The translations under genes and the position numbers were made by a program. From Clostridiales bacterium (GTDB lineage: Bacteria; Bacillota; Clostridia; Christensenellales; Aristaeellaceae), in the NCBI GenBank assembly GCA_004556155.1, contig SFIM01000035.1, forward strand, positions 1-20,627: a stretch of DNA of 20,627 bases. The letters are read 5' to 3'. The notes under the pieces were generated by a model. It made no database searches and had not been told where the DNA came from. It saw only the letters and a program-made list of their open reading frames with translations. Positions 8,683 through 15,157 of this stretch are shown here, in pieces. Positions within the stretch are counted from its first letter, which is position 1, and each line of letters starts with the position of its first letter.

Positions 8683-9858
8683 TTACACGCCGAAGAGTTC
8701 GCGCAGCGCCTTTTCATCGATATGGGTGCCGATTACGCACAGGCGGCCGGTATAATCGGCGCTGCCGTAGCGGATATCGGTTTCGCCGGGCACATAGTCA
8801 AAGTGCAGCCAGCGGCCATCCTCGGCCTGCACAATGCCCTTGGCACGCAGGATAGCGCCGTAATCTTCCTCCTCCGACAGCTTGGCCAGCGCGGCACGCA
8901 GACCGTCCTCGGTGAAGCGCTTGGCGGTTTCTACGCCGATGTTCTCAAAGATTTCATCCGCGTCATGGCCATGATGATGGTGATGATGCTCATGATCGTG
9001 GCCGCAGCCGCAATGGCCGTGCTCATGGTCGTGATCGTGCTCGTCATGGGCATGCTCATCATGGTCATGGTCGTGATCCTCGTCATGATCGTGATCGTGG
9101 TGATGATGATGCTCGTGCTCGTCGTCATCATCGTCATCGTCTTCGTCATGATGGTGGCCGCAGCAGCAATGGCCATCCTCATCGTGATGGTGATGATGGT
9201 GCTCATGCTCGTGTTCGTCCTCGTCGTCGTCCTCCACGTCTTCCATGGTCAGCAGGGCGGCGGGATGCTCGATGGTATCCAGGATGGTTTCAGCGCTCAG
9301 ATCGCCCCAGGGCGTGGTGATGATGCGCGCGGCAGGGTTCTGCTCGGCCACCAGCTGACGGCTCTTTTCTACGCGCTCGGGATCCTGCAGCTGGGTGCGG
9401 CTGAAGATGATGGTTTCGGCGCTCTTGATCTGATCCAGGAAGAACTCGCCGAAGTTCTTCATATAGGTGCGGCAGCGGTTGGCGTCCACCACGGTGGCGC
9501 AGCCGGTGATTTCGATTTCGGGATGATGCTCGCGGGCTTCCTCCACAGCGCGGCGGATATCGCTCAGCTTGCCAACGCCCGTGGGCTCTACCAGCAGACG
9601 ATCAGGATGGTAGGTATTGATCAGATCGTCAATGGCCTTCTGGAAATCGCCCGCCAGGGTGCAGCAGATGCAGCCGCTGTTCAGCTCGGTCACAGTAATG
9701 CCCGCATCCTTCATGAAGCCGCCGTCCACGCCGACCTCGCCGTATTCATTTTCAAGCAGAATCACCTTTTCGCCCTTCATCGCGCCGGAGATCAGCTTTT
9801 TGATCAGCGTGGTTTTGCCAGCGCCCAGAAAACCGGAAATAATGTTAACCTTGACCAT
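8683..9858 (-). CDS. COG0523/CobW-family G3E GTPase metallochaperone with a very long His/Asp/Cys-rich insertion
   Basis: AGGAG lies 8 nt upstream. Walker A GFLGAGKTTL, ENEYGEVGVD, the canonical metal motif GCICC, and LLVEPTGVG. The C-terminal LRAKGIV...WLHFDYVPG...LCVIGTHID resembles a CobW_C domain. A His-rich linker sits between the two domains. Confidence 0.9.
   Translation of the reverse strand: MVKVNIISGFLGAGKTTLIKKLISGAMKGEKVILLENEYGEVGVDGGFMKDAGITVTELNSGCICCTLAGDFQKAIDDLINTYHPDRLLVEPTGVGKLSDIRRAVEEAREHHPEIEITGCATVVDANRCRTYMKNFGEFFLDQIKSAETIIFSRTQLQDPERVEKSRQLVAEQNPAARIITTPWGDLSAETILDTIEHPAALLTMEDVEDDDEDEHEHEHHHHHHDEDGHCCCGHHHDEDDDDDDDEHEHHHHHDHDHDEDHDHDHDEHAHDEHDHDHEHGHCGCGHDHEHHHHHHGHDADEIFENIGVETAKRFTEDGLRAALAKLSEEEDYGAILRAKGIVQAEDGRWLHFDYVPGETDIRYGSADYTGRLCVIGTHIDEKALRELFGV
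8962..9246 (-). repeat. Low-complexity coding tract (CAT/CAC/GAT/GAC/GAG codons) encoding the His/Asp/Glu/Cys-rich linker
   Basis: My hand count finds about 39 His, 5 Cys (one CCC and one CGC cluster) and otherwise almost only Asp/Glu across about 97 residues (MEDVEDDDEDEHEHEHHHHHH...HEHHHHHHGHDAD). Confidence 0.9.
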
Positions 9859-9873
9859 AATGATTGCTCCTTT

Positions 9874-10956
9874 TTAATGTTGGTCGTTTGCGTATATGAT
9901 ATCCTGTACCGCGCCTTCACCCTCGATAAAGGGATTGAGCGTAAAAGGGGTATCGCTTTGAAGAATATCCATCACCCGCTGGGCCTTGTCGCCCGTGACG
10001 GGAACGGGCTGATAGTTGTTGATCTGCTCGTCGCCCGTTTCGTAATAGGGATGGATGGTAAACTGGGTGGAATAGAGCTGGTTTTGATCAAACTGCAATT
10101 CCACCGACATCAGAGCGGTGGGAATCTGCTTGGCCGTTTTCTTATCCGACAGCGGGTTCTTGTTGCCGCCGAAAACGAAATTGCCCAGGCTGTAGAAGAT
10201 CAGGCGGTTCTTGTACACCTCGATGCCCTGCAGCACATGAGGATGCGTGCCCACCACCAGATCGGCGCCGCTGTCGATGGCGTGGCGCGCAAAGCGGGTC
10301 TGATCCTTATCGTTGTGCTTGTCCTGGTATTCTTCCCCATGGTGCAGGCAGACAATCACAAAATCCACGCCGTCCTCGGCCTTCATGCGCGGGATTTCCT
10401 TTTCGATCCACTGATAATACATTTCCATATAGTACCGGCGGAAGGAAAGCACGGCGAACTTGACGCCGTTGCGCTCGAAGGTGAAGGTATCGGTATTGTA
10501 AGCCCACTGAATGCCCGCCTCGGTCAGGTTCTTCTGACAGTCCTTCAGGCCGCCCTGACCATAGTCCAGCGCGTGGTTGTTGCTCAGGCTCACGCCCTCT
10601 ATGCTGTTTTGAGTCAGCATGTTTACAAAGTCGGCTGGGCCGCGGAAATTGGTGTACAGGCTGGCGTTTTTATAGCTTTTCTTGTCCGTCAGCACGCATT
10701 CCAGGTTGATCAGCGTGTAATCGTCCTGCTCAAAGAAATCCTTGGCGTACTTGAAGGGATAGGCGTAATCGTTGCCCATCGCACGGATCATGCCCACCAG
10801 AGAGTCCTTTTCGCTGTGAAGCGGTTCATCCGAGCCTAAAATGCAGTCACCCACCAGCGTCATGCGCACGGTGGTCAAATCCTTTTGCTCCTCCGCCAGG
10901 CCGCTTAGCGGCAGGCAGATGAGCAGGGCAAGCAAAAGTGCGGTCAGCTTGCGCAT
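9874..10956 (-). CDS. Secreted CapA/PGA_cap-family metallophosphoesterase-like protein
   Basis: GGAGGA lies upstream. Signal peptide MRKLTALLLALLICLPLSGLA. PGA_cap-type motifs are LVGDCIL, INLECVL, SLSNNHALDYG, CLHHGEEY, GADLVVGTHPHVLQG and FYSLGNFVFGG. Confidence 0.8.
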   Translation of the reverse strand: MRKLTALLLALLICLPLSGLAEEQKDLTTVRMTLVGDCILGSDEPLHSEKDSLVGMIRAMGNDYAYPFKYAKDFFEQDDYTLINLECVLTDKKSYKNASLYTNFRGPADFVNMLTQNSIEGVSLSNNHALDYGQGGLKDCQKNLTEAGIQWAYNTDTFTFERNGVKFAVLSFRRYYMEMYYQWIEKEIPRMKAEDGVDFVIVCLHHGEEYQDKHNDKDQTRFARHAIDSGADLVVGTHPHVLQGIEVYKNRLIFYSLGNFVFGGNKNPLSDKKTAKQIPTALMSVELQFDQNQLYSTQFTIHPYYETGDEQINNYQPVPVTGDKAQRVMDILQSDTPFTLNPFIEGEGAVQDIIYANDQH

Positions 10957-11009
10957 CCTGATCCTCCTGTTTTCCCATTGACCTGGGGCTTTTCCTCAGG
11001 CCGGACAAT

Positions 11010-11038
11010 ATTTTATCACCCTTTGTCAAGATTATCAA
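11010..11038 (-). promoter_or_regulatory. Candidate promoter of the CapA-like/COG0523 operon
   Basis: On the minus strand: TTGATA (11038-11033), a 17-nt spacer, then TAAAAT (11015-11010). It is embedded in four phased TTGAC/TTGAT repeats. Confidence 0.35.
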
Positions 11039-11115
11039 CAGCGAAAGGTCAAATAATGTCAAAAACATAGCGGGCTTTTTTAAGCCTGTGCGGGAATTTG
11101 TGAAATGGAAAAACA

Positions 11116-11144
11116 TTGACAATTTTTCACAAGTTGAGTACAAT
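11116..11144 (+). promoter_or_regulatory. Near-consensus sigma-A promoter of the Moco operon
   Basis: TTGACA (11116-11121), an exact 17-nt spacer, then TACAAT (11139-11144). Confidence 0.7.
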
Positions 11145-11150
11145 GAACGT

Positions 11151-11295
11151 GGATTTCAAGCCCTTGCTCCGTCGGATTGATCCTGAAAATGCGGGAGTGG
11201 AACTTTGACATGTGGAATAACAAAAGGGAGTGGCGCGCGCCGACTCCCTTTTTACGGATGAAACAGCAGCAATGAAATAATTGGAGGGAAAAACC
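11151..11295 (+). ncRNA. Structured 5' leader of the moeA operon, candidate Moco (molybdenum cofactor) riboswitch
   Basis: About 145 nt lie between the predicted TSS and the moeA ATG. GGGAGTGG is duplicated (11193-11200 and 11226-11233). A GC-rich hairpin plus T-run is present. A 5' CUCC element (11167-11170) is complementary to both GGAG copies and to the RBS GGAGGG (11283-11288). The family call rests on gene context only. Confidence 0.4.
11226..11253 (+). terminator. Leader (attenuator) terminator upstream of moeA
   Basis: GGGAGTGGCGC / GCGCCGACTCCC stem with one bulged G, followed by TTTTT. It lies inside the 5' UTR, 43 nt before the start codon. Confidence 0.6.
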
Positions 11296-12510
11296 ATGCT
11301 GAGAAAACCGGATTTTATCACTGCGCGGGCATACCTGGCCGATCGGATGACGCCGGTGGAAACCGAGCGCGTCAGCTTGTCGGAGGCGGCGGGGCGCATC
11401 CTGGCGGAGGATCTAATTGCGGCGGATAACATTCCGCCCTTTGACCGTTCACCCTTTGACGGCTATGCCTTCCGCGCGGCGGATACGGCGCAGGCCAGCC
11501 CCGAGCATCCGGTGACGCTGACCATCCTGGAGGAGGTGCCCGCGGGCGCGGTGCCTGCCAAGCGCGTGACGCCCGGCACGGCGACCAAGATCCTGACGGG
11601 CGCGCCCATTCCTGAGGGGGCGGACTGCGTAAGCATGTTTGAGCGCACGGAGTTTACCCGCGAGACGGTCACGTTGTTTGCCCCTGGCAGCGCGGGGGAG
11701 AACATCATCCTGGCGGGCGAGGATGTGAAAAAAGGCACGCTGCTGGTGCGCAAGGGCGCGCGTATTGACGCGGGTGTGGCCGGCACGCTGGCCGCGCAGG
11801 GCGTAAGCCAGCCCCTGGTTTACCGCAGGGTACGGGTGGGCATTATCTCCACCGGCAATGAGGTGATTGCGCTGGATAAAACGCTGCGTCCCGGCAAGAT
11901 TTACGATTCCAACCGCTACATGTTAGAGGCGGCTGTGATGCAGTTGGGCATGGTACCTGTGCATCTGGGGCTGATTGGGGACGACGCGGACGGCATCGCG
12001 CGCCTGATTGAAAAAGGCTTGCCCGACTGCGATGTGATCCTGCTTACGGGCGGCGTATCCGTGGGCGATTATGATCTGACCCCGGCGGCCATCGAACAGG
12101 CGGGCTGCGAAATGCTGATTCGCGGCGCGTCCCTTAAACCCGGCATGGCCTGCGCCATTGGCATGAAGGACGGCAAGCTCGTGTGCGGCCTTTCGGGCAA
12201 TCCTGCCAGTGCGCTGACCAATTATTATGCCATCACGCTGCCCGCGCTGAAAAAGCTGGCGGGATACAGCGAGCCCATTCCCAGAGAGATCGAAATCACG
12301 TTGGCCGACAGCTTTGGCAGAAAGAGCAAGCGCACGCGCCTGCTGCGCGGCAAGCTGGATCTGTCCGACGGCACGGTACGCATGCGGCTTCAGCCGGAGC
12401 AGGGCAACGTGGTGCTGTCCAGCGCCATCGGCTGCGACGCAATGGCCATTGTGCCGGAAGGCAGCGGCCCGGTTCCCGCCGGAACAAAACTGAAAGGATT
12501 CCTGCTGTAA
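11296..12510 (+). CDS. moeA: Molybdopterin molybdenumtransferase MoeA
   Basis: GGAGGG lies 7 nt upstream of the ATG at 11296. Motifs: PPFDRSPFDGYA, TKILTGAPIPEGAD, GIISTGNE, IYDSNRYML, LLTGGVSVGDYD, LKPGMA and LSGNPASAL. Confidence 0.9.
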   Translation: MLRKPDFITARAYLADRMTPVETERVSLSEAAGRILAEDLIAADNIPPFDRSPFDGYAFRAADTAQASPEHPVTLTILEEVPAGAVPAKRVTPGTATKILTGAPIPEGADCVSMFERTEFTRETVTLFAPGSAGENIILAGEDVKKGTLLVRKGARIDAGVAGTLAAQGVSQPLVYRRVRVGIISTGNEVIALDKTLRPGKIYDSNRYMLEAAVMQLGMVPVHLGLIGDDADGIARLIEKGLPDCDVILLTGGVSVGDYDLTPAAIEQAGCEMLIRGASLKPGMACAIGMKDGKLVCGLSGNPASALTNYYAITLPALKKLAGYSEPIPREIEITLADSFGRKSKRTRLLRGKLDLSDGTVRMRLQPEQGNVVLSSAIGCDAMAIVPEGSGPVPAGTKLKGFLL

Positions 12511-12587
12511 AAAAGGAAAATGCCGGGCGTGCGGCGAACAGAACGGTCTGCCGCCGCTTTCATTGCATGCCTGGCAGGGACGGAACT

Positions 12588-13541
12588 ATGCGCGATCAAT
12601 ACGACAGAGAAATCAACTATATGCGCCTGTCCGTGACGGATCGGTGCAATTTGCGCTGCCGCTACTGCATGCCCGAGGAAGGCGTTTGCAAAAAGACGCA
12701 TGAGGAGATGCTGACCGAGGACGAGATGATCGCCGCCGTGGAGGCGGGCGCATCGCTGGGCATTACCAAGCTGCGCATCACGGGCGGCGAGCCGCTGGTC
12801 AAGCGCAATATCATCACGCTTTGCGCGCGTGCGGCCAAGGTGGATGGTATCCGCGAGGTGGCTATCACCACCAACGGCGTTCTTTTGCCTAGGCTGGCCA
12901 AGGGGCTGCGCGCGGTGGGCGTGAGCCGCGTGAACCTGAGCCTGGATACGCTGAAGCCGGACAAATACGCGCGGATTACGCGCATCGGCACGCTGAGCAG
13001 CGCGCTGGCCGGGCTGGATGCGGCGCTGAACGCGGGCTTTGACAAGGTGAAGATCAACGCGGTGCTCATCGGCGGCTTTAATGATGACGAAATCGAAACG
13101 CTGGCGGCGCTTACGCTGCGCTATCCGGTAGACGTGCGCTTTATTGAGCTGATGCCGATGCTGGATCATCCGGAATTTGGCCCGGAAGCCTTTATCCCCT
13201 GCGCAGCGGTGCTGGAGAAGCTGCCCCAGGCCGTGCCTGTGCCGCAGGATGGCGGCGTCGCCAGGCTGTATCGTTTGCCGGGGGCGCAGGGCAATATCGG
13301 CCTGATCAGCCCGGTGAGCGCGCATTTTTGCGCGGCGTGCAACCGCATACGCCTGACGGCGGACGGCAAGCTCAAACCCTGCCTGCACGCAGCTGAGGAG
13401 GTTTCGCTCAAGGGCCTGAATGCTGCGCAGATGCGCGAGACGATGCAGCGCGTGATCTATCAAAAGCCCTTCCGCCATGCGGAGCTGTCTGCGACGCTGC
13501 ATAGTCAGGCGGGACGCAACATGAACCAGATCGGAGGATAA
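12588..13541 (+). CDS. moaA: GTP 3',8-cyclase MoaA (radical SAM)
   Basis: YMRLSVTDRCNLRCRYCMPEEG (the CxxxCxxC cluster), LRITGGEPL, TTNG, NLSLDTL, and the C-terminal cluster FCAACNRIRLTADGKLKPCL. The tracked ORF start at 12183 overlaps moeA and was rejected. The ATG at 12588 is the most plausible start; 12567 is an alternative. Confidence 0.9.
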   Translation: MRDQYDREINYMRLSVTDRCNLRCRYCMPEEGVCKKTHEEMLTEDEMIAAVEAGASLGITKLRITGGEPLVKRNIITLCARAAKVDGIREVAITTNGVLLPRLAKGLRAVGVSRVNLSLDTLKPDKYARITRIGTLSSALAGLDAALNAGFDKVKINAVLIGGFNDDEIETLAALTLRYPVDVRFIELMPMLDHPEFGPEAFIPCAAVLEKLPQAVPVPQDGGVARLYRLPGAQGNIGLISPVSAHFCAACNRIRLTADGKLKPCLHAAEEVSLKGLNAAQMRETMQRVIYQKPFRHAELSATLHSQAGRNMNQIGG

Positions 13542-13546
13542 AAGGC

Positions 13547-14089
13547 ATGGCGATCCTTGAAAAGGCTGGCCTGGACGCGGCACGCCCAGGCGTGCCCAAT
13601 CAAAGCGACTTTACACACTTTAACGCGCAGGGCCGCGCTCGAATGGTAAACGTCGGCGATAAAGCGCCTTCCCATCGCACGGCGACGGCGGGCGCGCGCG
13701 TGCTGGTCAGCCGTGAAACCTTTGCGCTGATCCAAAGCGGCGGCATGAAAAAGGGCGATGTGCTCACCGTGGCGCAGATTGCGGGCGTAATGGGGGCCAA
13801 GCGCACGCCGGAGCTGATTCCCATGTGCCATCCCATCATGATGACGGGGATTGATCTGGCGCTTTCGCTGGATGAAGCGCGCTGCGCGGTGGATATCCGC
13901 GCGACGGTATCCTGCGACGGCAGGACGGGCGTGGAGATGGAGGCGCTGACAGCGGCCTCCACCGCGGCATTGACGGTTTATGATATGTGCAAGGCCGTGC
14001 AGAAGGATATGGTGATTACAGATGTTCGCCTGATTGAAAAAACTGGCGGCGTTCACGGCGATTTTCATAGAGAGGAAGCAGAAGCATGA
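13547..14089 (+). CDS. moaC: Cyclic pyranopterin monophosphate synthase MoaC
   Basis: GGAGGA lies 8 nt upstream. Motifs: FTHFN..G.ARMVNVGDK, KGDVLTVAQIAGVMGAKRTPELIPMCHP and GVEMEALTAAS.AALTVYDMCKAV. Confidence 0.9.
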   Translation: MAILEKAGLDAARPGVPNQSDFTHFNAQGRARMVNVGDKAPSHRTATAGARVLVSRETFALIQSGGMKKGDVLTVAQIAGVMGAKRTPELIPMCHPIMMTGIDLALSLDEARCAVDIRATVSCDGRTGVEMEALTAASTAALTVYDMCKAVQKDMVITDVRLIEKTGGVHGDFHREEAEA

Positions 14090-14988
14090 GCTATACGGCG
14101 GCGATTTTGACCATAAGCGATAAGGGCGCACGCGGTGAGCGCGAGGATAAGAGCGGACCGGTTCTGTGCGAGCTGGCGGCGGAGCATGGGTATCAGGTGG
14201 TTTATACCGCGATCATTCCCGATGAAAAGGATCAGATTCAGGCGGAGCTGATTAAATGCAGCGATGAACTGCATGTAAACCTGGTGCTTACCACGGGCGG
14301 CACGGGCTTTTCCCCGCGCGATGTTACGCCCGAGGCAACGCTGGCAGTGGTGGAACGCGAAACGCGCGGCATTCCTGAGGCCATGCGCATGGAAAGCATG
14401 AAGATTACCCCGCGCGGCTGCCTGTCCCGCAGCGCGGCGGGCATCCGCGGGCGGACGCTGATCATCAACCTGCCTGGCAGCCCCAAGGCGGCCAGGGAGA
14501 ACGTGCTGGCCGTGATCGACGCGATTCAGCATGGCATGGAAATGCTCATGTCTGAGGGCTCGGCGGATTGCGCGCAGACGCAGGATAAGTCCGCGCAGAA
14601 AAAGCAGCGCCCTTCCATTGACGCTTGGCTAAACGAGGCGAAAAAGGATCCGAATGCCGATCAGATCGGCATGTATCTTACGCATAACGGCGTTGTGCGC
14701 AGGACGGCGAAGGCTCAGGTTCGCGCGGGCGAGGCCGATGCAAAGCCGGTGACGGGCATGCATTTTACCTACAATGCGGCCAAGATGGAAGCCGCCGTGG
14801 CCGAGGCCAAGCATATGCCGGGCATTTATTATGTAAAGGCCTGGCTGAATGAGGGCGAGCTGGCGGTTGGCGATGATATCATGCTGGTGCTTGTCGGCGG
14901 CGATATCCGTCCCCATGTTGTGGATGCGCTGCAGGCCCTTGTAGGCAAGCTGAAAACGGAATGCGTGACGGAGCTGGAGCGTGCGTAA
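14086..14988 (+). CDS. MogA/MoaB-family domain fused to a divergent MoaE-like C-terminal domain
   Basis: Its start overlaps the moaC stop as ATGA. The N-terminal roughly 160 aa carry TISDKG, LTTGGTGFSPRDVTPEAT and INLPGSPKA (MogA/MoaB hallmarks). The C-terminal roughly 125 aa align by eye with E. coli MoaE (GELAVGDDIMLVLVGG vs GELWPGDEIVFVGVTS) but lack the SAHR and FWKRE residues. Confidence 0.7.
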   Translation: MSYTAAILTISDKGARGEREDKSGPVLCELAAEHGYQVVYTAIIPDEKDQIQAELIKCSDELHVNLVLTTGGTGFSPRDVTPEATLAVVERETRGIPEAMRMESMKITPRGCLSRSAAGIRGRTLIINLPGSPKAARENVLAVIDAIQHGMEMLMSEGSADCAQTQDKSAQKKQRPSIDAWLNEAKKDPNADQIGMYLTHNGVVRRTAKAQVRAGEADAKPVTGMHFTYNAAKMEAAVAEAKHMPGIYYVKAWLNEGELAVGDDIMLVLVGGDIRPHVVDALQALVGKLKTECVTELERA

Positions 14989-15024
14989 ATTCAGCGGATT
15001 GCGATGAACTGACAGAAGCATGAA

Positions 15025-15061
15025 CCCCCTTTGGAGCTTTGCGGCTTTGGAGGGGGTTTTT
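15025..15061 (+). terminator. Intrinsic terminator of the Moco operon
   Basis: 13-bp stem CCCCCTTTGGAGC / GCTTTGGAGGGGG (four G-U wobbles) with a 6-nt loop, followed by TTTTT. Confidence 0.65.
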
Positions 15062-15085
15062 GACATTGCTTTTTAGAGAATTCTA

Positions 15086-15114
15086 TTGACAAGTAACCGA
15101 TCGATAACTATAAT
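15086..15114 (+). promoter_or_regulatory. Consensus sigma-A promoter of the TetR-led cluster
   Basis: TTGACA (15086-15091), an exact 17-nt spacer, then TATAAT (15109-15114). Confidence 0.7.
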
Positions 15115-15137
15115 AATGCAAGTTATCAATCGGTCAC
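15093..15137 (+). promoter_or_regulatory. Putative TetR operator pair bracketing the -10 box
   Basis: GTAACCGATCGATAACT (15093-15109) and AGTTATCAATCGGTCAC (15121-15137) are inverted copies matching at 15 of 17 positions. Each arm is itself pseudo-palindromic around its central CGATCG (left arm) or CAATCG (right arm). Confidence 0.5.
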
Positions 15138-15157
15138 TTTTGAGAAGGAGGATGCTT

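Noticed and set aside
8962-9246. Highly repetitive short-period DNA that could be mistaken for a tandem-repeat locus or CRISPR-like array
   Set aside because: It is in frame within the COG0523 gene and encodes the His/Asp tract. It has no repeat-spacer organisation.
7795-10839. 1014-aa plus-strand ORF, the longest in the window, including a very hydrophobic M/V/I/L-rich core that looks like a multi-TM protein
   Set aside because: It runs antisense across three minus-strand genes with clear family motifs (GCICC COG0523, PGA_cap, the DUF1980-like domain) and across their intergenic RBS regions. Its hydrophobic core is simply the reverse-complement reading of the His/Asp codon repeat (CAT/CAC/GAT/GAC read as ATG/GTG/ATC/GTC). 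It is a shadow ORF typical of high-GC DNA.
12183-12587. N-terminal 135-codon extension of the moaA ORF, and the analogous 3495..3632 extension of the QueG-like ORF
   Set aside because: The extensions overlap the well-supported moeA and upp reading frames out of frame and translate to Arg/Ala-rich junk. Internal ATGs at 12588 and 3633 give proteins that start where homologs do.
12511-12587. moeA-moaA spacer, searched for a hidden moaD-like small ORF or an internal terminator (the GCGGCG...CGCCGC hairpin)
   Set aside because: At 77 nt it is too short for MoaD. The hairpin has a 14-nt loop and no convincing T-run. It is most likely just an intercistronic spacer.
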